Below, piece after piece: positions 11,708 to 24,279 of a stretch of DNA of 52,057 nt (position 1 is its first letter; the number at the start of each line of letters is the position of its first letter). Source of the DNA: Octopus bimaculoides (lineage: Eukaryota). Position numbers and translations under genes: made by a program. The stretch lies in NCBI RefSeq assembly GCF_001194135.2, contig NC_068983.1, positions 135,830,833 to 135,882,889 on the forward strand. The letters are read 5' to 3'. The notes beneath the pieces were generated by a model that ran no database searches, was not told where the DNA came from, and saw only the letters and a program-made list of their open reading frames with translations.

Positions 11708-12479
11708 GATGACCATCTCCAAGTATAACAATGTCAAATTTATATCTTTGCTTCAAAATGAATTATCAATTTTTGCTGTGGGTAAGTCTTAACTCTTTAG
11801 CATTTAAACTGACCTTATCCAGCCCAAATATTCTACTTGTTTTATGTTCAAACTGGCCATATCCAGCTTCTTACACTTACAAGGTCATTCTAAAAATGAA
11901 CAATTACATTATTGAAATCCCAAAGCTATGAGATAATGCATGATCATTTCAAAACAATGTGAATAAATGGGCAATACATTTGACAGAGTAATCTGAATGC
12001 TAAAGGACTAAGCTGGCATAGTATAAAGGAAAGGGATATTGTTTAGGCAGTACACAAAAAACTAGTCATGTAAAATGAAATTACCACCAAGCTTAAAGCA
12101 AGCAGAAACATATCAATTGCTCTTCAAGATATAAAAAATTTATATTATGAAAAATATTTATTGGCTAAATCAATATCAAGAAATATAGAAGTCAAATGTG
12201 GTAACAGAAATAACAAGAAAAAGCTATCACTTGAAAGCAAGTATAGTCTGATAGCTTGTATCAAACTTTTGTCATTTGTTTTTAGTTTGTAGGTAGTGAC
12301 AAACAGAAATAGACACCTTCTTGACTCTCTTACTCTCTTCTGTCAAAAATAATCAGAACTTCTCTGAACCTACAAGCAGCTGATGGTTTTTTTGTTTTTT
12401 TTCCAGCTTGTATTTTCCTTCATAATGCATTTTGTCCCTGAGTTCACTTAGCCCTAACTCTGAAACCACTAATCACTTA

Positions 12480-12935
12480 TCTATGTCGGTCAATACTTTC
12501 TTCACCAGATAAAGGCATAAATTTACAACCTGTCACATTTCCTGATGAAGCTAATACTTATCTAGTCCGTGTGTTTTCCCGAATTGGTAGGGTATCAGGT
12601 GACAAGTCAGTTTCTTGAAGTTCATATTGCAAATAGTTAGGTCACTTGTATCACAGAATTCCAGGAGTCCTGATCCTTCCTTATTTCTCATACTATATCC
12701 ATAACCTCCATATACGTCAGAGAAGCCATCATAACATTGCCCAATATGTCTATCAAAATTTCCAACCATGATAATGGGGTCACTGTTATTTGTTGTTAAG
12801 GTAGTTCGTAGGAGTGTCTTTTAAAAGCAGTTTTTCTCTTCACCCACCAGACCTGTGCACTGCTTGGTGAGAAGGGTGGTATTTGACCACCCTGTGAGAT
12901 GAAAAGCAAGGCCTGTCAAAAGGCAGATGAACTCA
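12480..12935 (-). mobile_element. RTE-type LINE AP-endonuclease fragment
   Basis: ORF 12551-12769: VGNFDRHIG..YGGYGY..RNKEGSGLLEFCDTSDLTICNMNFKK..HLIPY, the degenerate GDFN.HVG..G.G.RN.EG..LLEFC motif. Confidence 0.8.
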
Positions 12936-12963
12936 AGAAAATCAACAGACATTCAATTAATAA

Positions 12964-13032
<69 letters not shown>

Positions 13033-13697
13033 CATCATCATCATCTTCATTTAACGTCCATTTTCCATGCTGGCATGAGTTGGATGGTTTGACAGGAGTT
13101 GGCAAGCTAGAGACCTGCACCAGGCTCTAATTTTCTGTTTTGATATGGTTTCTATTACTGGATGCCAACCGTTTTACAGAGTGTACTGAGTGCTTTTTAC
13201 ATGGCATTGGCACATATGCATGTATGTATGTATGTCATTATTCAGTTTATTTCAAGATTTCTTGCCAGTAGAGAAAGAACCAGTTTCTAACCTAGATCCA
13301 AGGCTCCTTCAGTGGAAATTCAACATCAACAACTAAGTATTTTTGTTTGTTTGTTTGTTTGTTTGTTTGTTTGTATGCATGCATGTATGTATGTATGTAT
13401 GTATGTATGTATGTATGTATGTATTCTTTTTTTTTATTTGTTTTAGTCATTTGACTGCTGCCATGCTGGAGTACCACCTTTATTCGAATGAGTCAAACCC
13501 AGGACTTATTCCTTGTAAGCCTAGTACTTATTCTATTGGTCTCTTTTGCTGAACCGCTAAGTTATGGGGACGTAAACACATCAGCATTGGTTGTCAAGCG
13601 ATGTTGTGTGTGTGGGGGGGACAAACATACACATACACACACACATACACACATACACACACACACACATACACACACACACACACACACACAACAC

Positions 13698-15415
13698 ATC
13701 AAACACATTGTGGGCCACTGCTTTATTTGAATGCAGAGAGTTCTGAGGTCCAAATTTTCTTTATGCGGCTGTTTTGTTACAGGTGCCATTGTAAGATATA
13801 TTTTCATCCACCCCTAGATACCTGTAACATTCCTCGTCAGATACAGGGGAAACAGTCAAATCATTGATGGAGATGTTACTAGTTTGGTTTATAGTTTCAC
13901 TCCTTTTCACAACCATATAACAATATTTATCCTGACCAAACTCCAGCCCTACATCCTTTGAGAATGTTGTAACTAGGTCAAGGCTCTTTTTTATCTCATG
14001 CATATTCTTTGCATAAAGTTTTAAGTCATCCACAAAGAAACGGTGTGTAAATTTTGGTATTTCTGTTTCCTTGTGAACCAGTGAAATATCCTTCAGACTT
14101 CCTTAACATGAATAACAAGGGGTTTACAGAAAGTATAAACAACATCACAGAGAGGCTGTCTCCTTGGAATATGGCTTTGCAATACTGTATTCTATCGGTG
14201 ATAATACAGTCACTCTTTGTGTCTAATTCTAAGATGGTGGACCACAATGAAGTCAGGTCAGCTATGACTTTGACTGTTCTCACTGAAACTTTAGCAAGTT
14301 GAAGGGCTTCTAGCATCCATATGTGGGGAACAGAGTCAAAGGCATTCTTGTAGTCTAGCCACAGTGAAACTAGGTTCCTCCTGTGCTCTCGCATCTCTGA
14401 AATCACAGTTTTGTTGATTAACAACTGCACAGCACATCCCCTGACACCCTTATTCCCAACTGCCTGTTCTACTGTGATAATGTTATTGGTTTCACAATGG
14501 TCCTGGAGGAAGAAGTTTAAACATGCTGTATATATCTCATATATTAAGTTCTGGCATGCAATTGACTGGTGGTTTTTTGCCATGTGGGTGGTTCTGCGTT
14601 TGGAGCTCAATTTTGTCTCTGCCAGAGCTAACCAGCATGGTATGCTACTGTTTCCAATGAAAGCTTGCTGGTACAGATTGATAATATATGGTCGGTAGAA
14701 TATTAGTTTCTTGTACCAATATCCGACAATCAAGCCTCTTCCAGGTGTTTTTCCATCCTGGAGTTTCTGGATCAATTGCAAGAGTCTCACCATCAATGTT
14801 GTATGTCTTGGATGTAACGCAGGAGCAATAACTTTTTTGGATTTCTTGGTTAAATTCCTTCTTTTCACTTCAGATTTTCCTCCAGAAAGAGTCTATGTCT
14901 TCTTGTGAAGGAGCTTCCTTGATATTTACTGCTACTCCTCTCATGTATCTGTATACTGCTGCTTGGTTGTGGTTAAATGTTTTGCTTATTGTTCTTTTCT
15001 TGGTTATTCTCTTCCCATGTTGGAGTTTTTCACTGACAGCTTTTAGCTCCTGCTTGAGGGTAATCAATTTGCAAGTGCGTGTCCTCTTTTTGCTGTTTCC
15101 AAATAGCATTTCTATATCCTTCTTTACTTTCTGTTGATGGGATGTATAGTGATCTACTTGTTTGCGTGCAGTAAGCATCATTACATGACAAATGGTATTC
15201 TGTAAACCAGTTATTATTTTCCCTGTCTTCAAAACCCATAATGGTGCTTTCGTTGTTAAATCGGCATTGTTTACTTTTAGATTATCATTCATGTACTGTT
15301 TTACAGAAGTAGCAAGAGCATATAGACAGGCGTTAATTTCCCAGTATGTGGGTTCATCACACTGTTGTAAATATTCATCACCAATTTTGTTAACAGATTT
15401 TAATACCATATCAGG
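13698..15415 (-). mobile_element. Frameshifted R4/Dong-like non-LTR retrotransposon fragment (reverse transcriptase)
   Basis: Consecutive - strand ORFs 14870-15409, 14026-14868 and 13761-14033 give WLDYKNAFDSVPH, IFQGDSLS, (V)DDLKLY and YRYLG, followed by RIKKIWTSELSAF. These are RT domains 3-7 in a style I associate with the R4 clade. Confidence 0.85.
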
Positions 15416-15429
15416 TGGTATTTTACTTA

Positions 15430-18400
15430 CTTTGTACGTATGTATGCATGCATGTATGTATGTATATACGTACGTACGTAGGTATGTATGTACATACGTA
15501 CGTAGGGATGTATGTACGTACGTGCGTAGGTAAGTATATACGTACGTCAGTAGGTATTATGTACGTACGTACGTACATACGTATGTATGTACGTACGTAT
15601 GTATGTATGTACTATGAATGTAGGTATGTATGTAAGTACGTACGTAGGTGTGTATGTACGTACGCACGCACGTACCTAGATATGTACGTAGGTAGGTACT
15701 ATGTACGTAGGTAGGTACTATGTACGTAGGTAGGTAGGTAGGTACGTACCTACGTACGTAGGTAGGTTTGTATATACGTACGTAGGTACCTAGGTATGTA
15801 CATATGTACGTACGTAGGTATCTATGTACGTACGTACGCACGTATGTATGAACGTACGTNNNNNNNNNNNNNNNNNNNNNNNNNNNNNNNNNNNNNNNNN
15901 NNNNNNNNNNNNNNNNNNNNNNNNNNNNNNNNNNNNNNNNNNNNNNNNNNNNNNNNNNNATGTGCGTAGGTATGTACGTGCGTACGTACGTACGCAGGTA
16001 TGTATGTACGTAGATGCATACGTATGTAGGTACGAATGTACGTACGTACGTAGTTATATACATACGTACGTAGTTATATACATACGTACGTACGATGGTA
16101 TGTATGTACGTACGTACATACGAACGCAGGTCTGAAAGTACGTACGTCCTAAGGTTTCTATGTACGTACGTAAGTACGTTTGAAGGTATGCATGTACGTA
16201 CCTACGTATCAATGTACGTACGTACATAGATATCTATGTACATACGTACGTACATAGGTATGTATGTACGTGCTTACGTAGGTATGTATGTACGTACGTA
16301 CGTAATTATGCGTCTATGTACGTACGTACGTAGGTATCTGTGACCTTACGTACGTACGTAGATATTTACGTATGTACTTACGTAGTTACGTACATACGTA
16401 CTTAGATTCGTATGTACGTACATAGGTATATAGGTACTTATGTATGTTGGTAGGTATATGCGTACTTAGGTATGTATGTACGTACGTATGTACATAGGTA
16501 TGTATATACGTACGTACGAACGTAGATATGTACATACGTACTTACGTAGGTATGTACGTACGTAGATATGAATGTACGTATGTACGTACGTACGTGCCTA
16601 AGTATGTAGGTACTACGTACATAAGTACGTTGGTATGTCTGTACGTACGTACGTAGGTGTCTACGTACGTACGTACGCAGGTATCTATATACGTACGTAG
16701 TACGTACGTAGATATATGTATGTATGTAGATATATGTATGTACATACGTCCGTAGGTATGAATGAACGTACGTTCGTAGGTATATATGTATGTATGTATG
16801 TAAGTACGTACGTAGATATGCACATACGTACGTACGTTTGTCGGTATGTATGTAAGTACGTACGTAGTAGGTATGTATGTACGTACGTACGTAGGTATGT
16901 ACCTACGTACGAACGTACGTAGTTGTGTGTGCATATACGTACGTGTGTAGGTATGTAAGTACGCACGTACCTACGTAGCTACGGATGTACGTACGTACGT
17001 AGATATGTACGTTCGTAGGTATGTATGTACGTACGTAGATATGTACGTTCGTAGGTATGTATGTACGTACGTACGTTGGTATGTATGTATACACTTATGT
17101 AGGTATGTATGTAAGGAGCTACGTACGTAGGTATGTATTTATTGATGTATTTACGTAGGTATGTATGTAAGGACGTACGCATGTATGTATGTATGTACGT
17201 ACATACGTACGTAGGTATGTATGTTCGTACGTACCTAGGTATGTGTGTACGTACGTACGTAGGAGTGTATGTGAGTACGTACGCAGGTATATATGTACGT
17301 AGTTATGTATGTACGTACGTACGTAGGTATGTATATACGTACGTACTTAGGTATGTATATACGTACGTACGTTGGTATGTATGAACGTACGTACGTACAT
17401 AGTTGTTTATGTTCGTAGGTGCGTTCGTATCTATATGAGGACGTGCGTACCTATATATTTTCGTACGTACGTACATACGTACGTAGGTATTTATGTACGT
17501 ATGTAAGTAAGTCTGTAGGTATGTATATACGTACGTACGTACATAGGTATGTATGTACGTACGTTCGTACATATGTATGTATGTACTACGTGTGTATATA
17601 CTTATGTATGTACTACGTATGTATATACGTACGAACGTATGTAGTTATGTATGTACGTACGTACGTTGCTATGTATGTACTTACGTCGGTGTGTATGTAC
17701 GACGTAAGTACGGAGTTTTGTATGTACGCCCGTTTGTACGCCCGTATGTATGCCCGTGTGTACGTCCGTATGTACGTAAGTATATATGTAAGGACGTACA
17801 TACGAAGGTATGTATGTACTTACGTCCGTAGGTATGTATGTACGTACGTACTTTGGAATATGTGTACGTACGTACGTACGTTGGCATGTATGTACGCACG
17901 TACGTACGTTGGTATGTATGCACGTGCGTACGTTGGTATGTAGGTACGTACCTAGTTACAAACCTACCTACTTTGATATGTACGTAGGTATCTATGTACG
18001 TACATAGATAGTTATGTACGTACATAGATAGTTATGTACGTACGTAGGTACGTACGTACGTACTTACGTATGTAAGTCGATATCTATGTACGTACGTTCG
18101 TATGTATGTACCTACGTAAATAGGAAGGTATGTTCGCTCGTACGTANNNNNNNNNNNNNNNNNNNNNNNNNNNNNNNNNNNNNNNNNNNNNNNNNNNNNN
18201 NNNNNNNNNNNNNNNNNNNNNNNNNNNNNNNNNNNNNNNNNNNNNNNNNNNNNNNNNNNNNNNNNNNNNNNNNNNNNNNNNNNNNNNNNNNNNNNNNNNN
18301 NNNNNNNNNNNNNNNNNNNNNNNNNNNNNNNNNNNNNNNNNNNNNNNNNNNNNNNNNNNNNNNNNNNNNNNNNNNNNNNNNNNNNNNNNNNNNNNNNNNN

Positions 18401-19045
18401 NNNNNNNNNNNNNNNNNNNNNNNNNNNNNNNNNNNNNNNNNNNNNNNNNNNNNNNNNNNNNNNNNNNNNNNNNNNNNNNNNNNNNNNNNNNNNNNNNNNN
18501 NNNNNNNNNNNNNNNNNNNNNNNNNNNNNNNNNNNNNNNNNNNNNNNNNNNNNNNNNNNNNNNNNNNNNNNNNNNNNNNNNNNNNNNNNNNNNNNNNNNN
18601 NNNNNNNNNNNNNNNNNNNNNNNNNNNNNNNNNNNNNNNNNNNNNNNNNNNNNNNNNNNNNNNNNNNNNNNNNNNNNNNNNNNNNNNNNNNNNNNNNNNN
18701 NNNNNNNNNNNNNNNNNNNNNNNNNNNNNNNNNNNNNNNNNNNNNNNNNNNNNNNNNNNNNNNNNNNNNNNNNNNNNNNNNNNNNNNNNNNNNNNNNNNN
18801 NNNNNNNNNNNNNNNNNNNNNNNNNNNNNNNNNNNNNNNNNNNNNNNNNNNNNNNNNNNNNNNNNNNNNNNTGTACGCCCGTTTGTACGCCCGTATGTAT
18901 GCCCGTGTGTACGTCCGTATGTACGTAAGTATATATGTAAGGACGTACATACGAAGGTATGTATGTACTTACGTCCGTAGGTATGTATGTACGTACGTAC
19001 CTACATAGGTATGTATGCTCGTACGTACGTACATGCGTACTTATG
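15430..19045. repeat. Degenerate tetranucleotide satellite built from TACG/TATG/TACA/TAGG units (two internal N gaps)
   Basis: Continuous tacgtacgtatgtagg-type sequence; gaps at 15860-15959 and 18147-18871. All the YVRT/TYIH ORFs in this span are artefacts of the repeat. Confidence 0.97.
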
Positions 19046-19299
19046 TATGTAGGAAAATATTTTGACAAATTGAATTTAAATGTTGAAGTGAATCTAACGC
19101 CTTTTGAGTGTTATTATATATGGCTTATAAACACTTTCAACGCTGCAATTGTTTTCGTTCCAACACACGATCTCAGATCAGGTCACTTGCTATGCAAGTA
19201 CATCTCTGTAATATATATATATATGTGCACAAGGACTTAGAAATTTTTAGTTTGGTGCCCAGGTATGCAGTAAACAATTTCCCAGGATGAGTTAGATTG

Positions 19300-20030
19300 T
19301 TAGACTCTAAGCTGTGGCAAAAGCAACTATCTCAGGAGGTTTAGAACTCTAATAGAAAAGACTAAAATATGTTGTTCACTGACTTTATGGCAAACATTTG
19401 CACCAGTCATTTTCCATAAGTAGGTTGAGGACCTTCTGCAATTCGTTCTGGATCTCGACAGTGGTGTTACAACAGCGACCTTTGAGCTACCTTTTCATCT
19501 TGGGAAAGAGATGGAAGTTCACAGGTGTTAAATCTAGTGAGTAGGGTGGGTGCAAAGTGATACCATATTGGTTTTGGTGAGATACTCATGAGTGAGGAGA
19601 GCTCAGTAACAGGGCACATTGTCATTGTGAAGAATCCAATTCTTCATGCTCCTCGGATCCAGTCGCCTTCACCAAATGTCCTCCCTCAAATGCTTCAAAA
19701 CATCGCAATAGAACTGGGGGATGAATTTTCGATACACAATACCACATTTCCAGGAGTGACACTTGTGGCAGGTCTTCCAGATTGCTCATTGTCTTCCAGG
19801 GACATTCTTCCACTTTTGAAGCACCTGTGCCACTTGAAACATTGTGTACATTCCATTGCCTTGTCAACGTAAGCTTGCCAAAGCATGCTTGACGTCTCTG
19901 TAGTAGACTTCCCAAGTTTAGTGCAAAATTTCACATTGGCTCTTTATTCCTGTCCATGACAAAATCACAACCTACAGCATACATGTGATCACAAAAAGAC
20001 AAATTTCACAACTTGCAAAGTAAACACAGT
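19300..20030 (-). mobile_element. Internally deleted, decayed mariner transposon
   Basis: Minus strand gives KFCTKLGKSTTETSSMLWQAY..KWHRCFKSGRMSLEDNEQSGRP (N-terminal HTH), then WILHNDNVP and HPPYSLDLTPVNFHLFPKMK. These are degenerate HHDNAP and HPPYSPDLAP.DF.LF catalytic motifs. Confidence 0.88.
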
Positions 20031-22849
20031 GATGTTACTTGGTACACTGCCTCATGAAGGTTACTGCTAGCCCTCATTGTGCTTGCAACCATGTGCTGCC
20101 ATCTGTTGACCACTTCATATGTATGTGTGTATGTGTGTACATGTCTGTGTGTGTGTGCATGCATGCGTGTGTGTGTGTGTGTGTGTGTGTCTGTCTGTCT
20201 GTCTGTGCATATGTGTTATTGACAATTGATTTCCTTCATCTACACTTGTGTTCACTCACTGATCGTAAACAATGGCTTCAGCAATGATGTTATTTGCTTG
20301 CAGTTCACTGTGAAAGTATGTCTTGGCTGTTTGTTGTCTGATACACTGTGACATTACTTCACTTGGAAATAAATGAGGTTTGGCAATGGAAAGGGCATCA
20401 AACTATAGAAAACTCTGATCCAGCATACTTTAGTCTCACACATGTAAGCATGGAAAAATAGATGTTAAAATGATGATGATGATGATGATGGAGGTGATGG
20501 TGGTAGTAGGGGTGGTGCTGCTGGTGGTGGTTTTGATGATGATGATGATCCTAATCATCATTGTTGTTTAACGCCTGTTTTCTGTGTTGCCATAGGTTGG
20601 ATTGTTTGACAGGAGCCCTCAATCCAAAGGACTGCACCAAGCTGCAATATCTGTTTTGGCATGGTTTCTGTGGCTGGATACCCTTCCTAACACCAGCCAC
20701 TCCACAAAGTGTACAGAATGTTTTTATGTGTTACCAGCAGAAGTGAGGTCACCAAGTAATCTTGCACAATGAGACTCCTCAACTGAGATGGGTGTTGTAT
20801 TGAAAGAGGGGGTGTTAATGCCAAGTATGATAAAGGGATAGAAACTAGTGTCTTACAGTAGAGGAGATACTTTGTTGTCCCAGTTGGAAAAGGAGAGAAA
20901 ATGGAAAGTAAATACATGTTAGTGTATACAGATTCAATAAAAAAGTATTCACTACAAAAACTAGAGTTACATGTTTTCTCTTTTCTGTTCTTCAATTGTA
21001 TATAAGAATTAGAGATAAGTAGTTTTATTTTCACAAAAGCATTTGAGAGCAGTGAATTAACTTTACTGATTAGTCCAAATAATGGAATAGTCAGCATATG
21101 ACAGTTGTTAGATTTTACAGATATTCACAGGTCAGAATGTAGATGTGGTTATAAATAAAATGAATATATCCTGAATTGTTATAGAATTGTTATACTGTGA
21201 ATTAACAATTTAAGATATATATATTTCAAACATTTCACAGAAACACAACAAACAGAAAATTTGACAAAAACACAACAAATGAAAAATTTGTAGCTAATTC
21301 CAAAAGATCCTTACATTTTTAACCTTTAATGTTGATATTGTTCACTTTTGGTGGCACCAGCAGTAGAAAGTCACTGGGAATAGCTAACGATTGTACAGGA
21401 CAATGACAAAATCAAAAACAGCAAAATAAAATAATCATATATATATACAACAAAATTTGGGTGTGCTGCCACAAGTCAAACAAATATGGGGTAACGCAAA
21501 GGAAAATGAAAATGTTCTGTAGGTCTGGAAATGAGAAAGAGATGGAAAGAAAATCAGAGTGAAGGATGATGTAACCAGACTGTGTAGGAAAAGTGTAGGA
21601 GCACAGGGAAAACATGACCAATTGAGTCATCGGTAAAGTGGAAAAGGCTGAGAGAGATGTGAATGTCCATGGGTCACGTGGTAGTGGGACACATGTATGT
21701 GTGTGTGTATCATCATCATCATCATTTAACATCAATGTTTCATGTTGGCATGGTTTGGATGGTGTGGCAGGATCTTATGGGTTCAAAAAACTGCTTCAAT
21801 GTCTACTTTGGCATGATTTCTACAGCTTGATGCCTTCCTAACACAAATCATTTTACAATATTTACTGGGTGCCTCTTTCATGCTACCAGCACTATTGAGG
21901 TCATTCTGCTGCTCACAAGACTATGAAACCTGAGGAAGGTGGAGAAGGTGCAGCTTTATTCCTTGGGATAAGAGGTTAGAGTATAAAAGAATGGGTGGGG
22001 TGGAGCAGGTTCCTAGCTTCTACACTGAGATTGCAAAAAGGGAAGTGAAACTTCTTTTGTCTTTTTTTTTTTTTTTTTTTGATAAACCTTTATTCTACCT
22101 ATTCTGATTAAATTTCTCAAAATGAAGTAGGACTTGCGCCACCAAATCAGAGTAAGTTCTCACCTACAATATAGCCATCATAAAACAGATTATTTTTTAT
22201 TTTCAGACAAGAAAAACTGCCAAATATGCTTCCATCGGTTGTAGGCCCTTGCAAACTAAAGAGTTTCCCATAAATGGAAATTATGATTTGGAGATTTCAG
22301 ATCACTAGTCTTATTTTCATAGCAATGCTAAAGAGTTTATTTTAACATATTGTATACTATTTTACGTGCAGAAGGCTTACAGACAGACAGATACATAGAT
22401 AGATAATGAGAGAGAGAGGGGGAGTGAGAGGGAGAGAGAGAGAGGAAGGAAGGGAGAGAGAAACAGAACAGAGAGACTAACAGAAGACAGACAAACAGAC
22501 AAATAGACTTGTTGCATACTTAAGCAAAATAAATGCCATCTTGAAACATGTTTTGTGCTAAAATAATCAGACGACATTAAGTGGTATCTAAAGATAAAAA
22601 GAGCAGATTCTATATGCATCAAATATTTCCTAAATTTTGACCTGTACACAATGCAGCAACAAATTTAACGCAAAACAGACAGGCTGTAGATAAATAGATC
22701 ACTAAGCATTTTTTATGGAAAAACCCAGGTTTTACCTACTCCTTCCACAACACCAATCTTATGAAGTCTGGTGGTGAATGTGACCTAAATATCAAAGTCA
22801 ACAACGATCTGTGTTAAGTAAACCACATTTCTAAAATTGTTGAAATGGC

Positions 22850-23330
22850 CATAAGTGTCTTAGTGAGTAAGATTTTTGTCAGCTGCTCAAGACCTATCTA
22901 TCTAAAATTTATATATGGCTATAGTATTTCACACATTTGCATCTCCAGTTTGTAACCTCCATCTTGCTCAGAATATCGGTCTACTTGTAGCTGTTCAGAA
23001 ATGTGCAACCAGATTAATCCTCCATTAGTCACATACCATATATTAAACATCTTGCTTTTCTAAGCATAATTTCAATGTCTAGCAGCTGACTTGATAGAAG
23101 TCCAGAAGATTATCCACCATTAAAATTCCAACAACTTTGGGTACCTTTTTGAATTCAGTATACCTACCACCTATGGACATAATTATAAAATCAAAATATA
23201 CTCCAATACTCATGAGTTTCAGAAACATTTTATCAATTCAGAATTGTCAAAACATGGAATAAACTACCTGCATTGGTTGTTAGCTGTCAGGACACTGTCT
23301 CCTTCAAAACTTCCATGCTTCCCAAAATTC
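22850..23330 (+). mobile_element. 3' fragment of a CR1/L2-type LINE
   Basis: VQKCATRLI (22993+), DLIEVQKII and FYQFRIVKTWNKLPALVVSCQDTVSFK, the degenerate VQRRATK, D.IEV.KI and F..R.V..WN.LP..VV C-terminal motifs. Confidence 0.75.
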
Positions 23331-23574
23331 ACTAATACTACTCCTGATATGCATATGTACCCTTTCTTCTTTATGACTATTTTACTGCTTTTTTTTCTCT
23401 TTTTCTGAATTTGATCTCATGTAATATGCCTGTATCTTTGGCTATAATTGCTGTCTTTTTTACTACTGCTTTCTGTCCCTTCTTTTACCTTTTCCTGCAT
23501 TGTACTGCACCTGAACACTATAAACAATAAGCTGTTATTTATATTATTTTTAGAGATAGGAAGGCATATAGAAA

Positions 23575-23681
23575 AATAGACAGACAGATAGATAAATAGA
23601 TACACAGACAGATAGATGGACAGAGAGACGGACAGACAGATGGACAGACAGACAGACAGACAGACAGATAGACAGACAGAC

Positions 23682-23731
<50 letters not shown>

Positions 23732-23760
23732 ATGGATAGATAGATAGATGCCTGGATGGA
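23575..23760. repeat. (GACA)n/(GATA)n compound microsatellite
   Basis: Read directly from the sequence. Confidence 0.95.
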
Positions 23761-24279
23761 TATCTATTTATCTACTCACTATCACCACATAAAATTTCTT
23801 GTTGAACCGGTTAAATAAATAGTGTCCCAATTTCTGAAAAAAGAGTATTTTAACAAGTTTAGTACATTCATCTATTATTTCCTATCATATCAGTTTGGAA
23901 AAAAAAAACATTGCAGCCATTTGTATTTTTCTATTTTCCTTTCCTTTTTTCTTATTTCCTTTCATGTTATTTTTGAGTTACATTCATATCAGACAAGTGA
24001 GATGGTTGTTAGCTAACAATCACGCATTGTCACTAGTTTTGTTTAATATATTCTATTATGCCCAGGAGAAAGATGGGATGGTTGTTATAGTGAGAATGCA
24101 TTTGAACATAGGTCCACTCAATCAGAATAACCTGGATATAAACAATAACAGTTAATGCCTCTTACAACATGAATAAAAAATAATGTGATCTTCTGTCAGA
24201 TACCTATTTCAAACTTAAATATCATCTAAGTATGAGCCCACAATTCACCATATTGATTCAAAGTGCTTTTGTAATCTCA

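Noticed and set aside
17723-19000. Exact 129-bp duplicate (17723-17851 equals 18872-19000) in the satellite
   Set aside because: The second copy begins precisely at a gap edge and cannot be told apart from assembly overlap without long reads.
15415-19068. Many long ORFs of YVRT/TYIH type
   Set aside because: They are translations of the tetranucleotide satellite and of N gaps, with no coding signal.
21412-21735. Minus-strand ORF with a faint AP-endonuclease-like PT..G..L segment
   Set aside because: It is too degenerate to assign and partly overlaps microsatellite.
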